Made by a program: the position numbers and the translations under genes. Positions 1-11,830 of a DNA stretch of 50,691 bases are shown here, one piece after another. Positions within the stretch are counted from its first letter, which is position 1. The number at the start of each line of letters is the position of its first letter. The notes under the pieces were generated by a model that ran no database searches, was not told where the DNA came from, and saw nothing but the letters and a program-made list of their open reading frames with translations. Source of the stretch: Octopus sinensis (taxonomy: Eukaryota); assembly GCF_006345805.1 (NCBI RefSeq), contig NW_021834340.1, positions 1 through 50,691 of the forward strand. The letters run 5' to 3'.

Positions 1-214
1 ACACCACACAAACACAACACGCACACACAATACACACACACACACACACAACACACACATATTATACGACGGGCTTCTTCCAGTTTCCCTCTACCAAATC
101 CACTCACAAGGCTTTAGTCGGCCCGAGGCTATAGTAGAAGACACTTGCTCCAGGCGCCATGCAGTGAGACAGAATCTAGAACCATGTGGCTGGTATGCAA
201 GCTACTAACCACAC
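1..214 (-). mobile_element. SINE family A, 5' half (cut by window edge)
   Basis: Reverse complement of family A head and core (TACGACGGGCTTCTT...AAATCCACTCACAAGGC...GAAGACACTTG...ACCATGTGG). The (CA)n at 1-60 is the element's internal microsatellite. Confidence 0.85.
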
Positions 215-726
215 TAGAAAAGCGCAGTCTCAAACAATATCGTTTTTATTTTCTTTATATCAATTTTTCCTCCTTAATTTTTTTTGGTTTCTTCAGGAAA
301 CTTAAACAATGATTATACCCACCCTTCCGTCATAATTACTGGCAAAGACTTTCTTAATTAAGATCATCGTACTTGCCACGCCACAAATTAATTATATTCG
401 TAAATTCTTCAAAAAATATTGTTTCTATTCTACTTTGACGGCGGCGAGGTTAAAAGATGGCACTTCATTTTTAGCAATGTAATTAATTTGTAAAAATAGT
501 TCATAATTACTTTTAAAACAGGCAGAAATCAGCAATAATTAATAGACAATGAAATAAAAGATTTTATCTATTCAGATTGTAAATATAAATTGTAAAAGAA
601 TGACACATTAATATTGATAAGTATATGTTTTCGTAAACATTGTTATCAACAGATGATACATATATATTGATATGTAAATCGCTCACATTGTCATTTCACT
701 GGTGTTTATGATTTAGCTGGGCATGT

Positions 727-844
727 ATGAGTATATATAGCTGCGTACACAGAGATGTGTTTATGCTTGTGTATATATAATAGATAGATAGACAGATAGA
801 TAGATAGATTTATAGATAGACAACGAGATAGACTCAAAGATGCA

Positions 845-891
<47 letters not shown>

Positions 892-1345
892 TAAAAAGGA
901 GTATATATAAATATAAACATACAAGAGAATACATACATACATACGTACATACATACATACATACGTACATACATACATACGTACATACATAAATACATAG
1001 ACCTTTACCAACGAAAACGAGGAAATAGGTAGTTACATAAAGGCATAGACCAGGCAAAATGCCTATTTAACTTTTAATCAAAGAAATTAAGAAGGCAAGA
1101 GAGAACTACGTATTTTTAGCCAATATGTTGTTCTTAAAATATACGTAAAGTCCTTCAATGTGAGAAGCATATGGAAAAGGTTAAAGCATATTGCACAGAC
1201 AGCATCTGGAATGCAGTTATATAGATGGATATCTGCATATTTACAGCACACTCACACATACAGGCACACAAAGACACACACACACGTGTATGAACATATG
1301 TATGGCTATATATATGTGTATATATATATATAAATATTTTATATA

Positions 1346-1380
<35 letters not shown>

Positions 1381-2364
1381 GAATATGTATATGAATATAT
1401 ATGAATATATAAACATACACACCTAAGCATAACTATAAACATATATGCATAGACATGCACATATATAATTAATGCATGTAAATATATGCAAAGATACACG
1501 TCCATATAGAAGCACCCACACATATTTATATATATACACACATTATATATATATATGTATATAAATATATTACATATATATATATAGATATATAGATATC
1601 TACATATATATGCATATATTTATATATGTATATATATATATATCTACATACATACATATATATATGCATATACTTATATATGCATATATATGTATATATG
1701 AATACATATGCATATATGCATACATACACACACATAACTATACATACACATATGTGCGTAGGTGTGCATATGTATGCATTTAGAGACAGGGAGAGACAGA
1801 TAAATACACTGACACAGTTATTTTGATAGCTGCATATGCCTGCATGTTTAGTTAAACATATCTGTACCCTTATAAACATATGTGAACATTCATACATAAT
1901 CAAATGCTCGTTTTTCAAATGCACATTTAATTAAAGAAAGCATTAAAACATGTGTATGTAAATCCATACGTTTCTCTATAATAAATAATATACAACTAAT
2001 AAATTTACTGCGGAATGGTTAAAACAAATATATCGACGTTGGGAATGAATCAAATGGTGAAATGAATAGGAAATAATAAACAAATAATACCAACAAAGTA
2101 ATAAAAAAAAAAAAATATAAAATCTAAAATAATGAAAAGAAAAAAACTAATAGTCATGTGGTACGCTATATCTGTTTTGTAGGACATAAATCGTGGAAGA
2201 AGTTAATGCCAATAATAATTCATATTTGTAATTAAATTGCACATATTTAATTATTATTAATTTTTTTATATTTATAATGATAATTGATAAATTATCATTT
2301 TCGCTATTCCAAGAAAGTGTGCGTTTGTGTGTGCATATGAGTTATGCATGCATATTTATGCGTG

Positions 2365-2420
<56 letters not shown>

Positions 2421-2661
2421 CGTGTGTGTGTGTGTGTGTGTGCATGTATGTATATATAAATATATATATAAACATATATATATATATACACACATATATA
2501 TATATAGGTATGTATTATGTGTATGTATATGTATACATATATATATAGATATATATATATATATATATATGTGCACTGTATATAAACTTATCTACAATAA
2601 TTCAATTCGTATGTTGATCTATATACATATACACATTTATTAAATAAATACAAATCTATGT

Positions 2662-2726
<65 letters not shown>

Positions 2727-2830
2727 CATACATATATGTGTGTGTATGTATATATATATATTTCTATATATACATACATTTATACATAACAAATAACTAA
2801 ATATATAAGCATGTATGTATAGACAGGCTA
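727..2830. repeat. Mixed (GATA)n/(TA)n/(CATA)n/(TG)n microsatellite field
   Basis: Directly visible simple repeats interrupted by short AT-rich spacers. They generate the Y/I/M/C/V-rich ORFs in the track. Confidence 0.9.
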
Positions 2831-3019
2831 AGAGACTGAAGCTTCGAATTCACTATCAATCTTCTTGAAAACTACAATAGATACATACACATGCAAGCAC
2901 CCATGCACACACACACATACACACACACACAAGCCTTTGGTCATATGAAAAGGAAATAATAGCAAAACAATTTGATACGTGGCGATACACGATAATCTCC
3001 ACACACGAGTCAACTAGTA

Positions 3020-3236
3020 TTAATCGTTTCTACTCAAAGCACAAGGCCTAGAATTTTGAGGAAGGCCACTAATTGATTTTATCGATCTCAGTTTTCCACT
3101 GGTACTTAATTTACCGATCGCGAAAGGATGAAAGGCAAAGTCGACCTCAGAGGAATTTGAACCCAGAACGTAGCGGCAGACGAAATACTGCTAAGCATTT
3201 TGCCCGGCGTGCTAACGATTCTGCCTGCTCGCCGCA
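3020..3236 (-). mobile_element. SINE family B (B2-type tail)
   Basis: Contains GAAAGGATGAAAGGCAAAGTCGACCTC, the B-box complement GAATTTGAACCC and the head complement GCCTGCTCGCCGC. Confidence 0.85.
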
Positions 3237-3237
3237 T

Positions 3238-3343
3238 TATAACAACAACAACAACAATAATAATAATAATAACAATAATAATTATAATAATAATATTAAT
3301 AACAATAATAATATTAATAATAATAATAATAATAATAATGATA
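3238..3343. repeat. (AAC)n/(AAT)n microsatellite
   Basis: Directly visible; source of the poly-N/poly-I ORFs. Confidence 0.95.
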
Positions 3344-3344
3344 A

Positions 3345-3613
3345 TGGAAAATGAAGGTGAAGATAGTTGTAATTATTGGTGGATCCTTGGGAACAGTATC
3401 AGAAAGCATCGAGAAGAATATAAAGGAAATTGGAATTAAGTGCTCTGTAGAAATGTTACAAAAGTTTTGCCTCCTTGGCACTGTCAGAATAATCAGGAAA
3501 GTATTAGATAGCTGAAAAGAACGGATAGCCTGGTAGGTACCGTAGGCTGCAGGTTAGTAAGCCCCGCTACGCATGCAAGACTCCAGGAGCTCCAACAAAA
3601 TATGTGATAAAGA
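3345..3613 (+). mobile_element. 5'-truncated Dong/R4-clade LINE 3' end (C-terminus of RLE-domain ORF plus 3' UTR)
   Basis: Hand translation of 3345-3515 is stop-free: WKMKVKIVVIIGGSLGTVSESIEKNIKEIGIKCSVEMLQKFCLLGTVRIIRKVLDS*. It matches the R4/Dong C-terminal pattern (V/I)xGALGxV...LQKxxLLGTARIIRKVL. Flanked by (TAA)n on both sides. Confidence 0.8.
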
Positions 3614-3627
3614 GATAATAATAATAA

Positions 3628-3806
3628 TCTTTTCTACTAAATGCGCAAGGTCTGAAATTTGAGGTGAGGGAACTAGTCGATTATATAGACCCCAGTGTTT
3701 CACTGGTACTTAATTTATTGACCCCAACAGGATGAAAGGCAAAGTCGACCTTGGCACAATTTGAACACTGAACGTAGCAACGGGCGAAATAACGCTAAGC
3801 ATTTCG
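3628..3806 (-). mobile_element. SINE family B (B2 tail), head truncated
   Basis: GGTACTTAATTTATTGACCCCAACAGGATGAAAGGCAAAGTCGACC core; tail complement TCTTTTCTACTAAATGCGCAAGG next to (AAT)n. Confidence 0.8.
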
Positions 3807-5048
3807 TAATAATTATAAGATACATATGTGTATATATACATATATATATGTGTGTGTATATACATATTTATATGCATACACATCTATGAGTATGTATGTA
3901 TATATATACAGAGAGAGAGAGAGGGAGAGAGAGAGAGACAGGGACAGAGAGACAGACAAACAGAATTGAAGAGCGAAGGAGAAATGAAAAATATTTTAAA
4001 AGGAACAATAACGGATAAGCAGGGAAACAGTACAGTTTTAGATGCTTATAAATATAATGAAAATGTAATAATTGTAAATACATCAGATTTACGCTTCAGT
4101 AGTGTGGAAAGGAAACATAGACTATACATGATGGAGTATATTTCACATCAATATATCAAAAAACCTGGATCAATATTAAACTGCCTTCGTTCCTCCCCCG
4201 CGGTTTCGTACTGTCTTCTATCTAACCTGATGCTTCTCTTATTTCAGAAATCATTCATTCTTTGTCACTCAGTAGAAAATTATTTGACAACGTAACGAGT
4301 ATTTTCAGAGGAAAAAATGTCCAACACAAATGTTCTCTGAAAATTCGTGATGAGAATCTTTGAATTCTAGTTTTAAGACTCTTCCTGAATTAACACCACC
4401 ATCTGACAATTTCCAACGAGGGTGCTTTTTTGTCACTACCCGACATTGCAAACTTAATTTCCCCTAATTAAAACCTCCATATCTAAGATTAGAAAATTTA
4501 CATTGGAAAATTTAGTACAATAAAGACGATTCAAATACTACAGAAACAAAAAGACAAAATTCATGAAATCTTAGACTTACAAAAAGGCATCTGGAATGTC
4601 AATAATAAAATGTATACTCAATGAAAGTTAACCAGGATCTAAAGAGCAACAACACAAAACGATTTATCAAAAAATGAATAACATAAATACTATTAATCCT
4701 GAAATACATTTATCGAAGTTGCTGTTAATATTGTTTTTGAAGTTTGGTCATAGACCAAGCTTGTTCAAGTAGACTTATTATCAAATGTGATCAAGTTATT
4801 ATCGAAGACATCCTGATACAACAAGACTACTTTTCATTCTTAAAACGCTTAGTGAGATCTGAGGGAGATTTATGAGAGAATTTTGGATATATTTGTAGCG
4901 AATTGATCGACTTTTCACAGCCAGTGTATGTTAAATTCACATAAATGCAATTAAGTTCCAAACACTCTGCTGAAACTGTCTCTAAAAACTCACATAAAAA
5001 ACGGCTGAGCCAAAAGAACCAAATAGTAATTTGAAACAAATTGCTTAC

Positions 5049-5290
5049 CTATGCACTTGTAAATTAAAGAGTCTTGTTTTCGTTTGTTTTTAATAGATGT
5101 GATCCAACAGCTTGTTGTGCACTCCCACTTCAAACCTAATACTAAAAGAATTGCCCCCACCACGAATGGTGAAGAGTCTTCCTTCTGCCTGTTGTTAATT
5201 TCCTTCATTCAAAGCAAATTTCTCCCACTCTACAACTCTCTCTCTCTCGCTCTCCACGTTTCTTCATGCGTATTATCACGTTAAATGTGA
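5049..5290 (-). other. Candidate exon (possibly 5' UTR/first exon) ending at a strong splice donor
   Basis: Minus-strand AG|GTAAGC at 5049/5048 in non-repetitive sequence. ATG at 5208 is open to the donor (MKEINNRQKEDSSPFVVGAILLVLGLKWE...). No recognisable homology and no downstream exon found. Confidence 0.2.
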
Positions 5291-5422
5291 AACCGTTAAT
5301 TTCATATTCAATAGAATCTATTTCTATCACCAATCGAAACTAGATTTCAGAAGTCAATACCCCAGGATCTAACCACGCGTTACTCTCACCCACAATTCTT
5401 GTACAAAACACAGACACACACA

Positions 5423-5456
<34 letters not shown>

Positions 5457-6267
5457 GATACAGACACGCACACACACACACAAACATTAAAATTCGTATG
5501 TAGTTATGGTAAAAACCACATATTTCGTAGCAGCGTTAGAAATGACCGTGCCATGCTCACTTGAATTTTGACATCCAACAGACTTCCTCATAATAACCGC
5601 TGACTTATATGGGAGGGTGCAGAATCGAGTCTAGACAGTCAGAACTATAGAGAAATAGGGATGTCAGACAAATCCCATAGGACATTCAGGACTGGAATGG
5701 GTAATCAAAAGCAAGGAACGATATCTAATTTTCCTATATCGGAATCTTCGTATAATACGGTTTGTCGTTCGGGGAACCATATTATATAAATATTCCTGAC
5801 TTTGGTATCTCTGTTCGGAGGAACCGTGTTAATTCTACGTATCGGTTTGGTATGGAGAATTTTAGCCTAAATGTTTAGTGACATGTAATGTAGTAGTTGC
5901 TGTACTCATAACACAGTTTGCTGTTTTATCAGGAAACGGGAAAATCCCTGATTCCGATCAATAGATTCAATATAATAATGAAACAACGTTGGAATGAACA
6001 GTACGATATATTGCATTATCTCGTTCCTTGCAGAACTGACCGAATTATCGCGGAAACGAAAAGGAAGGGGAGGAAGAAAGCGAAAATAGGAAAAAGCGTG
6101 GAGCACAGCGATAGAGGGTGAATGAGTTGGGAGTGAAACAGAGAGAAAAAAATATGGTGAAAGAGAGGACGAAAAAGAAAGAGCGGGAAAAAAGGAGAAA
6201 GTTATGAGGGAGAGTTTTAAGGATAATGAGAAGAAATTTAGCAAAATGTGTTCGGTAAAGTGAGAGG

Positions 6268-6910
6268 AAGTCTATCTATCTGTCTGTCTTTCTGTCTATC
6301 TATCTGTCTGTCTGTCTATCTTGCTATCTACCTATCTATCTACCTACCTACCTACCTACCTATCTATTTACCTATCTATCTATCTATCTATCTATCTAGC
6401 TGCCTATATGTCTGTCTATCTATCTATCGATCTATCTATTTACCTATCTATCTATCTATCTATTAGCGTATGTGTATGAATACTCTATTTATTTATTTTT
6501 ATTTTTATTTATTTTTTGTTCTTTTCTTCCCTATTACGATCCCTCTTGATCGAAAACCTACGTCACCACCCCCTTTTTTTGTTTCTTTTGTTTTGTTTTT
6601 TTCATCCCCCAAAAGAAAAGCTCTACCTTGTAACTTGTCCCATCTGTGTGCAGCCCTGTGTGGCCAATAAAGAAACTTATCTATCTATCTATCTATCTAT
6701 TTTTTTCCGATCCCTTTTGATCGGAATTTTACATTTGTTTCCTTTTCCATCTTCGAAAAGAAGAGCTCTACATTTGTATTTGTCCCCTCTGTGTTCAGCT
6801 CTGTGTGGCCAATAAAGAAAGTTATCTATCTATCTATCTGTCTGTCTGTCTATCTATCTAGCTATCTATCTACCTTTCTACCTATCTGCCTGTCTATCGA
6901 TCTATCTATT
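6268..6910 (+). repeat. (TATC)n tracts with two tandem ~150-bp retro-tail-like units
   Basis: Units at about 6516-6690 and 6700-6860 both end TGTCCC..CTGTGT.CAGC.CTGTGTGGCCAATAAAGAAA followed by (TATC)n. Confidence 0.7.
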
Positions 6911-7057
6911 AGCGTATGTGTATGAATTCTCGAATCAAAAATCATGTAGCACAGAAACAAACTCAATACGAGTCCATGGTGACAGTCCAACAAATAGTTG
7001 TATTCCATATATTTAATAGTATACACACACGCAAACATATGCGTACATATTTAATTC

Positions 7058-7230
7058 TTTATTGCCCACAAGGGGCTAAACATAGAGGGGACAAACAAGG
7101 ACAGACAAAGGGACTAAGTCGATTACATTGACCCCAGTGCGTAACTGGTACTTATTTAATCGACCTCGAGAGGATGAAAGGCAAACTCAACCAAGTCGGA
7201 ATCTGAACTCAGAACGTAGCGGCAGACGAA
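7058..7230 (-). mobile_element. SINE family B (B1 tail), head missing
   Basis: CCCACAAGGGGCTAAACATAGAGGGGACAAACAAGGACAGACAAA tail complement plus central GGATGAAAGGCAAA. Confidence 0.85.
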
Positions 7231-7263
7231 CAAATTGATACGCGCGCGCGCGCACACACAATA

Positions 7264-7305
<42 letters not shown>

Positions 7306-7306
<1 letters not shown>

Positions 7307-7710
7307 GCGCAGGAGTGGCTGTGTGGTAAGTAGCTTGCTAACCAACCACATGGTTCCGGGTTCAGTCCCACTGCATGGCATCTTGGGCAAGTGTCTTCTG
7401 CCATAGCCCCGGGCCGACCAATGGCTTGTGAGTGGATTTGGTAGACGGAAACTGAAAAGAAGCCTGTCGTATATATGTATATATATGTGTGTGTGTTTGT
7501 GTGTCTGTGGTTGTCCCCCTAGCATTGCTTGACAACTGATGCTGGTGTGTTTACGTCCCCGTAACTTACCGGTTCGGCAAAAGAGACCGATAGTATAAGT
7601 ACTGGGCTTACAAAGAATAAGTCCCGGGGTCGATTTGCTCGACTAAAGGCGGTGCTCCGGCATGGCCGCAGTCAAATGACTGAAACAAGTAAAAGAGTAA
7701 AAAGTAAAGA

Positions 7711-7712
<2 letters not shown>
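7306..7712 (+). mobile_element. SINE family A, full length (tRNA head, CORE-like domain, internal microsatellite, LINE-like tail)
   Basis: A-box TGGCTGTGTGGTAAG, B-box GGTTCAGTCCC, CORE-like CTTGGGCAAGTGTCTT, internal (TA)n(TG)n, tail GGCGGTGCTCCGGCATGGCCGCAGTCAAATGACTGAAACAAG(TAAAAGAG)n. Inserted in (TA)n. May correspond to a described octopus CORE-SINE (e.g. OR2); not verified. Confidence 0.9.
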
Positions 7713-7746
<34 letters not shown>

Positions 7747-7749
<3 letters not shown>

Positions 7750-7808
7750 GGTGCCCCAGCATGGCCACAGCTCATAAGCTGAAACTAGAATCAATCAATC
7801 AATCAATC
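7747..7808 (+). mobile_element. Isolated LINE/SINE 3' tail with (AATC)n terminus
   Basis: GGCGGTGCCCCAGCATGGCCACAGCTCATAAGCTGAAACTAG(AATC)n is homologous to the SINE A tail and to the LINE 3' end near 18121. Confidence 0.75.
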
Positions 7809-7811
7809 ATA

Positions 7812-8010
7812 TAAGGTTAATCCAAACGAGAAAACAGAAAAAACAATAACACAAGGAGGTGGAACAATTAAAGTATTATTATTAGGCGCTCAGGAAAATG
7901 GTATGACGTTTCGAGCGGAGCTCTTCGTCGGAAACATAAGAGAAAGAAAGATCCCGAGGCGGGCGGACGGAGGGGAAAAAAACGCGACTGGTTTTCACGT
8001 GGTAAACATA
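7812..8010 (-). mobile_element. Family D copy 1, Penelope-like short element with hammerhead-like core (7901-7935)
   Basis: Minus strand reads GTTT CCGACGA A GAGC TCC GCTC GAAA CGTC ATAC. Shares TTCCTGAGCG...TTGTTCCAC...TTTGGATTAAC with the copy at 15151. Confidence 0.65.
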
Positions 8011-8539
8011 TATATATATGTATTAAAAACTGTTTTAGTATTGTTCGTACGAGAGTAATTTTGTTCCTCCATGTAGGTAAGGAAGGATTGCATCTAACTG
8101 AACTCTAACTGCCCGTTTCCGTCGATTTATATTGAAGCTCATAAGCTGAAAACTATTTTGCTGACGTCATAAAAAGTTTAATTCTTCTGTAAGGCGCTGG
8201 ATTTCGAAGGAGATAAAATTATAATTAAACAATATACATAGAGAAATTCGAAAGATTGCTTTACTCCAATGATACAACGCTCGTTATATTTAGAGATGTG
8301 GGATCGTGTACCAACGGCAGCTATCGACTTTTCTCTCCAAAGGGGGTATTTAAATCAATATTTACACGCTATAATTAACAACGTTAACTACTTCGAGAGC
8401 ATATAGTATTAATTTTAAGGCTATAGAAGTATTCGTCACTTACCACGCTGGCTGAAGAAGCGGATACTCGCAAAAACTTCTTATCTTGGAATATTGCCGT
8501 AAAGCAAATATCCGCATATTTCTTTCTTTCTTCCTTTAT

Positions 8540-8544
8540 TATTA

Positions 8545-8576
<32 letters not shown>

Positions 8577-8748
8577 TTATGATTACTATTATTATTATTA
8601 TTATGATTACTATTATTATTATTATTATGATTACTATTATTATTATTATTATTACTATTATTATTATGATTACTATTATTATTATTATTATTATGATTAC
8701 TATTATTATTATTATGATTACTATTATTATTATTATTATTATGATTAC

Positions 8749-8784
<36 letters not shown>

Positions 8785-8790
8785 CATTAT
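8540..8790. repeat. (ATT)n microsatellite with periodic GATTACT variants
   Basis: Directly visible; source of the poly-I/N/Y ORFs. Confidence 0.95.
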
Positions 8791-8942
8791 GTTTTTTCCT
8801 TCTTTCTTCAAATTGTCTTCCGTTTCTCGCCGAATGTTTTCTATACACCTAGGGCGGAGAAGCTCATTGTATGCATTCCCAGATTACACACGCAAATTCA
8901 CAGATAAAATATGTATTTAAAAAATTATTATTATTATTATTA

Positions 8943-10060
8943 TTAGGTTGTCCGGAATGTTCTGAGAGTTTTTAAGCTAAATCTTTTAACGCTTCATTGA
9001 ACCCACCTGAAACGTAACACAGTTAAAACTTTGGCATTCCTGACTAAAAATAAATTTATCTTTCATTCCGGTTACACTTTATTGACATTCGAAATGAATA
9101 ACCAAAAATTCTGTGTTCGTGTTGTAATGCTTTTCCTTTTTGAAAAAGTAGAAAATGCTGCAAAGTCTTTTAAAAACATTTGCCATTTTATGGTGATGAT
9201 GTTATAGGTAAATCAACTGTTAGAAAGTGGTTTTCAAAATTTAAAGGTAGAGAGTTTAGCTTGGAAGATGACAGTCGCAGTCGAAAACATTCAGAATTGG
9301 ATGAAGAGGTTTTGAAGGCAAAAAACGAAGAAAACTCAAGTATCACGATTAGAGAAGTTGCAGAGGAATTGGGAGTTTCTAAAAGTACGGCTCGTGAACA
9401 CTTGGTGAACCTAGGATACACTTCTTGCTATTAAAGTACGAGTCCCTCACAAACTCTCAGAAAAAAAATTGCCTGGACAGTATTCCGTTTGTGATATGCT
9501 TTTGAAACGGAATAAAAGTATGTCTTTTTCGAAACAATTTGTGACTGGAGATGAAATATGGATTCTGTATGAAAATGTAGTGCGAAAAAGATCTTGGAAT
9601 TTGCGTAATGATCCCCCAAAACAGCAACCAAAGACGAATACCCATGCCAAAAAGCTATACTTCGTGTTTGGTGGAATCAGGCATTATTTATTATGAGCTT
9701 CCTTGCAAAACCAGACCCTTAATTCTGATGTGTACTGTTGTCAGCTGGCTAATTTGAACCAAAAAAAATCAAAGAATTGAAGCTGGAAATTGCCAACAGG
9801 AATGGGGTAGTGTTCCAACATGACAATGCCCGACCACATGCGTTTTTGGCTACTTGAACAAAGTTACATGAACTTGGCTGGAATCTCTTACCCCATCCAC
9901 TATATTCTCCTGATATTACACTATCCGTCTACCACTTGTTTTTGTCGCTACAGTGCTCATAGCAAGGAAAAACATCGATTTAGATAAAGTTAAAATGCAT
10001 CTAGATAACTTTTTTCTTCAAAAACAGTCAAATCTTATATTGATGGGATATTTAAATTTA
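8943..10060 (+). mobile_element. Mariner (DD34D) transposon, pseudogenised transposase, right TIR missing
   Basis: TA plus left TIR TTAGGTTGTCCGGAATGTT at 8943; ATG at 9094; HTH region KSTVRKWFSKFK; RVPHKL (WVPHEL-like); VTGDE (D at 9550); HDNARPH (D at 9822); HPLYSPDITLSVYHLF with the third Asp position 34 residues on, mutated to Val. Several frameshifts and stops. Confidence 0.92.
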
Positions 10061-10092
10061 AATAGTCAAATGACTGAAAAAAGTAAAAGAGA
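10061..10092 (+). mobile_element. SINE A tail fragment at the mariner breakpoint
   Basis: AGTCAAATGACTGAAAAAAGTAAAAGAG matches the SINE A terminus. Confidence 0.6.
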
Positions 10093-10139
10093 ATGGAGAA
10101 ATAGAAAAGAAAGGGTGATTAAAAGTAAAGAAAATGAAT

Positions 10140-10603
10140 GAATGAAGGGAATGAGAGGGAGAGGAAGAAAGAGAAAGAGGAAGAAGGAGAGAGAGAGAGA
10201 GGATTAGGCACGTGGAATAGTAAAACTAAATTCAAATGGATGAAGAAATAAAAGAAAGAAGATATGAAATGTATCAGAGAGGAACCAAGAAAAGATAATC
10301 GGTGGAATACAGTTTTATATCTGATATAAAGAAAAAGTGAAGAGAAGAAAATTAAGAAGGTGTGCCAGGAAGGGGGAAGGAAGGAAGGAAGGGAGGGAGG
10401 AAGGGAGGAAGGAAGGAAGGAAGGAAGGAAGGAAGGGAGGAAGGAAGGGAGGAAGGGAGGGAGGGAGGGAAGAAGGGAGGAAGGAAGGAAGGAAGGGAGG
10501 AAGGAAGGAAGGGAGGGAGGGAGGGAGGGATGGAGGAAGGAAGGAAGGAAGGAAGGAAGGAAGGAAGGAAAGAAGGAAAGAAGGAAAGAAACAAAGAAAG
10601 AAA

Positions 10604-10655
<52 letters not shown>

Positions 10656-10860
10656 ACGAACGAACGAACGAACGAATATATACTGAAGTGTGAAATCGTC
10701 GGTAAGAAAAGTTGAATGAACGAAAGATTGCCAAGATAATGACGAAAAATGACGAAAAACAAAAGGAAAGAAAAATCGAAAGAAAGATCAAAGAAAGAGT
10801 GAGAGAAAGACAGAGAAGGAATGAAAGAAGACAATTATAGAAAGCAAAAGTAATGAATGA
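10140..10860 (+). repeat. Polypurine tract (GGAA)n/(GGGA)n/(GAAA)n/(GAAC)n
   Basis: Directly visible; source of the R/K/E/G and F/L/S/P ORFs. Confidence 0.95.
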
Positions 10861-11043
10861 AACGAAAAATTAACAAAAGAGAAGCAAAGGGACTGGGAAC
10901 AATATGAGATTAAAGGTGTAAGGCATGGTTGTGTGGGAAGAACATTGCTCCCTAATCACGTGGTTTTGGTTTCAGTCCCACCACGTGCTACCTTTGGCAG
11001 GTGCTTTCTGGCATAGTACCGGACTAATAAATGCCTTATGAGC

Positions 11044-11077
<34 letters not shown>

Positions 11078-11078
11078 T

Positions 11079-11283
11079 TATTCTTTTACTTGTTTCAGTC
11101 ATTTGACTGCAGCCATACTGGAGCATCGCCTTTAGTCGAACAAATCGACCCCATGACTTATTCTTTGTATGCCTAGTACTTATCCTATCGGTCTCTTTTG
11201 CAGAACCGCTATGTTACGGGGACGTAAACCCACCAGCATCGGTTGTCAAGCGATGGTGGTGGGACAAACACAGACACACAAAC

Positions 11284-11325
<42 letters not shown>

Positions 11326-11558
11326 GATATATATATACAATATATATACAAATATATATCTACACACACACACATATATATATACATATATATATATACG
11401 ACGGGTTTCTTTCAGTTTCCATCTAATAAATCCACTCACAAGGCTTTGGTCGGCCCGAGGCTATAGTGGAAGACACTTGCTGAAAGTGCCACGCAGTGGG
11501 ACTGAACCCGGAACCATGTGGTTGGGAAGCAAGCTTCTTACCACACAGACACCCCTGC
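11079..11558 (-). mobile_element. SINE family A, full length
   Basis: TTTTACTTGTTTCAGTCATTTGACTG tail complement through internal (TA)n to head complement GCTTCTTACCACACAG. Confidence 0.9.
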
Positions 11559-11639
11559 ATGATATTCACTCTCTCACTCACTCTATCTCTCACTCTTTGA
11601 ACGCTATAATTCTCGTTCCGCTTGCTATGATATATATAT

Positions 11640-11830
11640 GTATGTGTGTGTGTGTGTGTATGGTGGTGGGGTCCCCTAACCGTCACTTGACAGCCGGTGT
11701 TGGTTTGCTTCCCCGTAACGTAGCAACGCGGCAAAAGATATCGATGGGATAAGTGCCGGACTTAAACATACCGTTCAAGGCAGTAGTTCGGCATGGCCAC
11801 AGCCTAAAGCAAGTGAAAGAGACAAGATAA
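11640..11830 (+). mobile_element. Old diverged SINE A 3' half
   Basis: CTTGACAGCCGGTGTTGGTTTG..CCCCGTAAC..GGCAAAAGA..GCATGGCCACAGC resembles the family A 3' half. Confidence 0.65.

Noticed and set aside
7306-7372. tRNA-like A/B boxes (also near 34645 and 47370, and all SINE heads)
   Set aside because: No complete cloverleaf; they continue into SINE bodies or are degenerate SINE heads, so they are not tRNA genes.
8458-8490. Hammerhead-like CTGAAGA A GCG-GATACT-CGC AAAA
   Set aside because: GAAA is absent (AAAA), and no stem I or cleavage triplet can be formed. At best a decayed relative of family D.
10315-10834. R/K/E/G-rich and F/L/S/P-rich ORFs
   Set aside because: Translations of the (GGAA)n/(GAAA)n tract.
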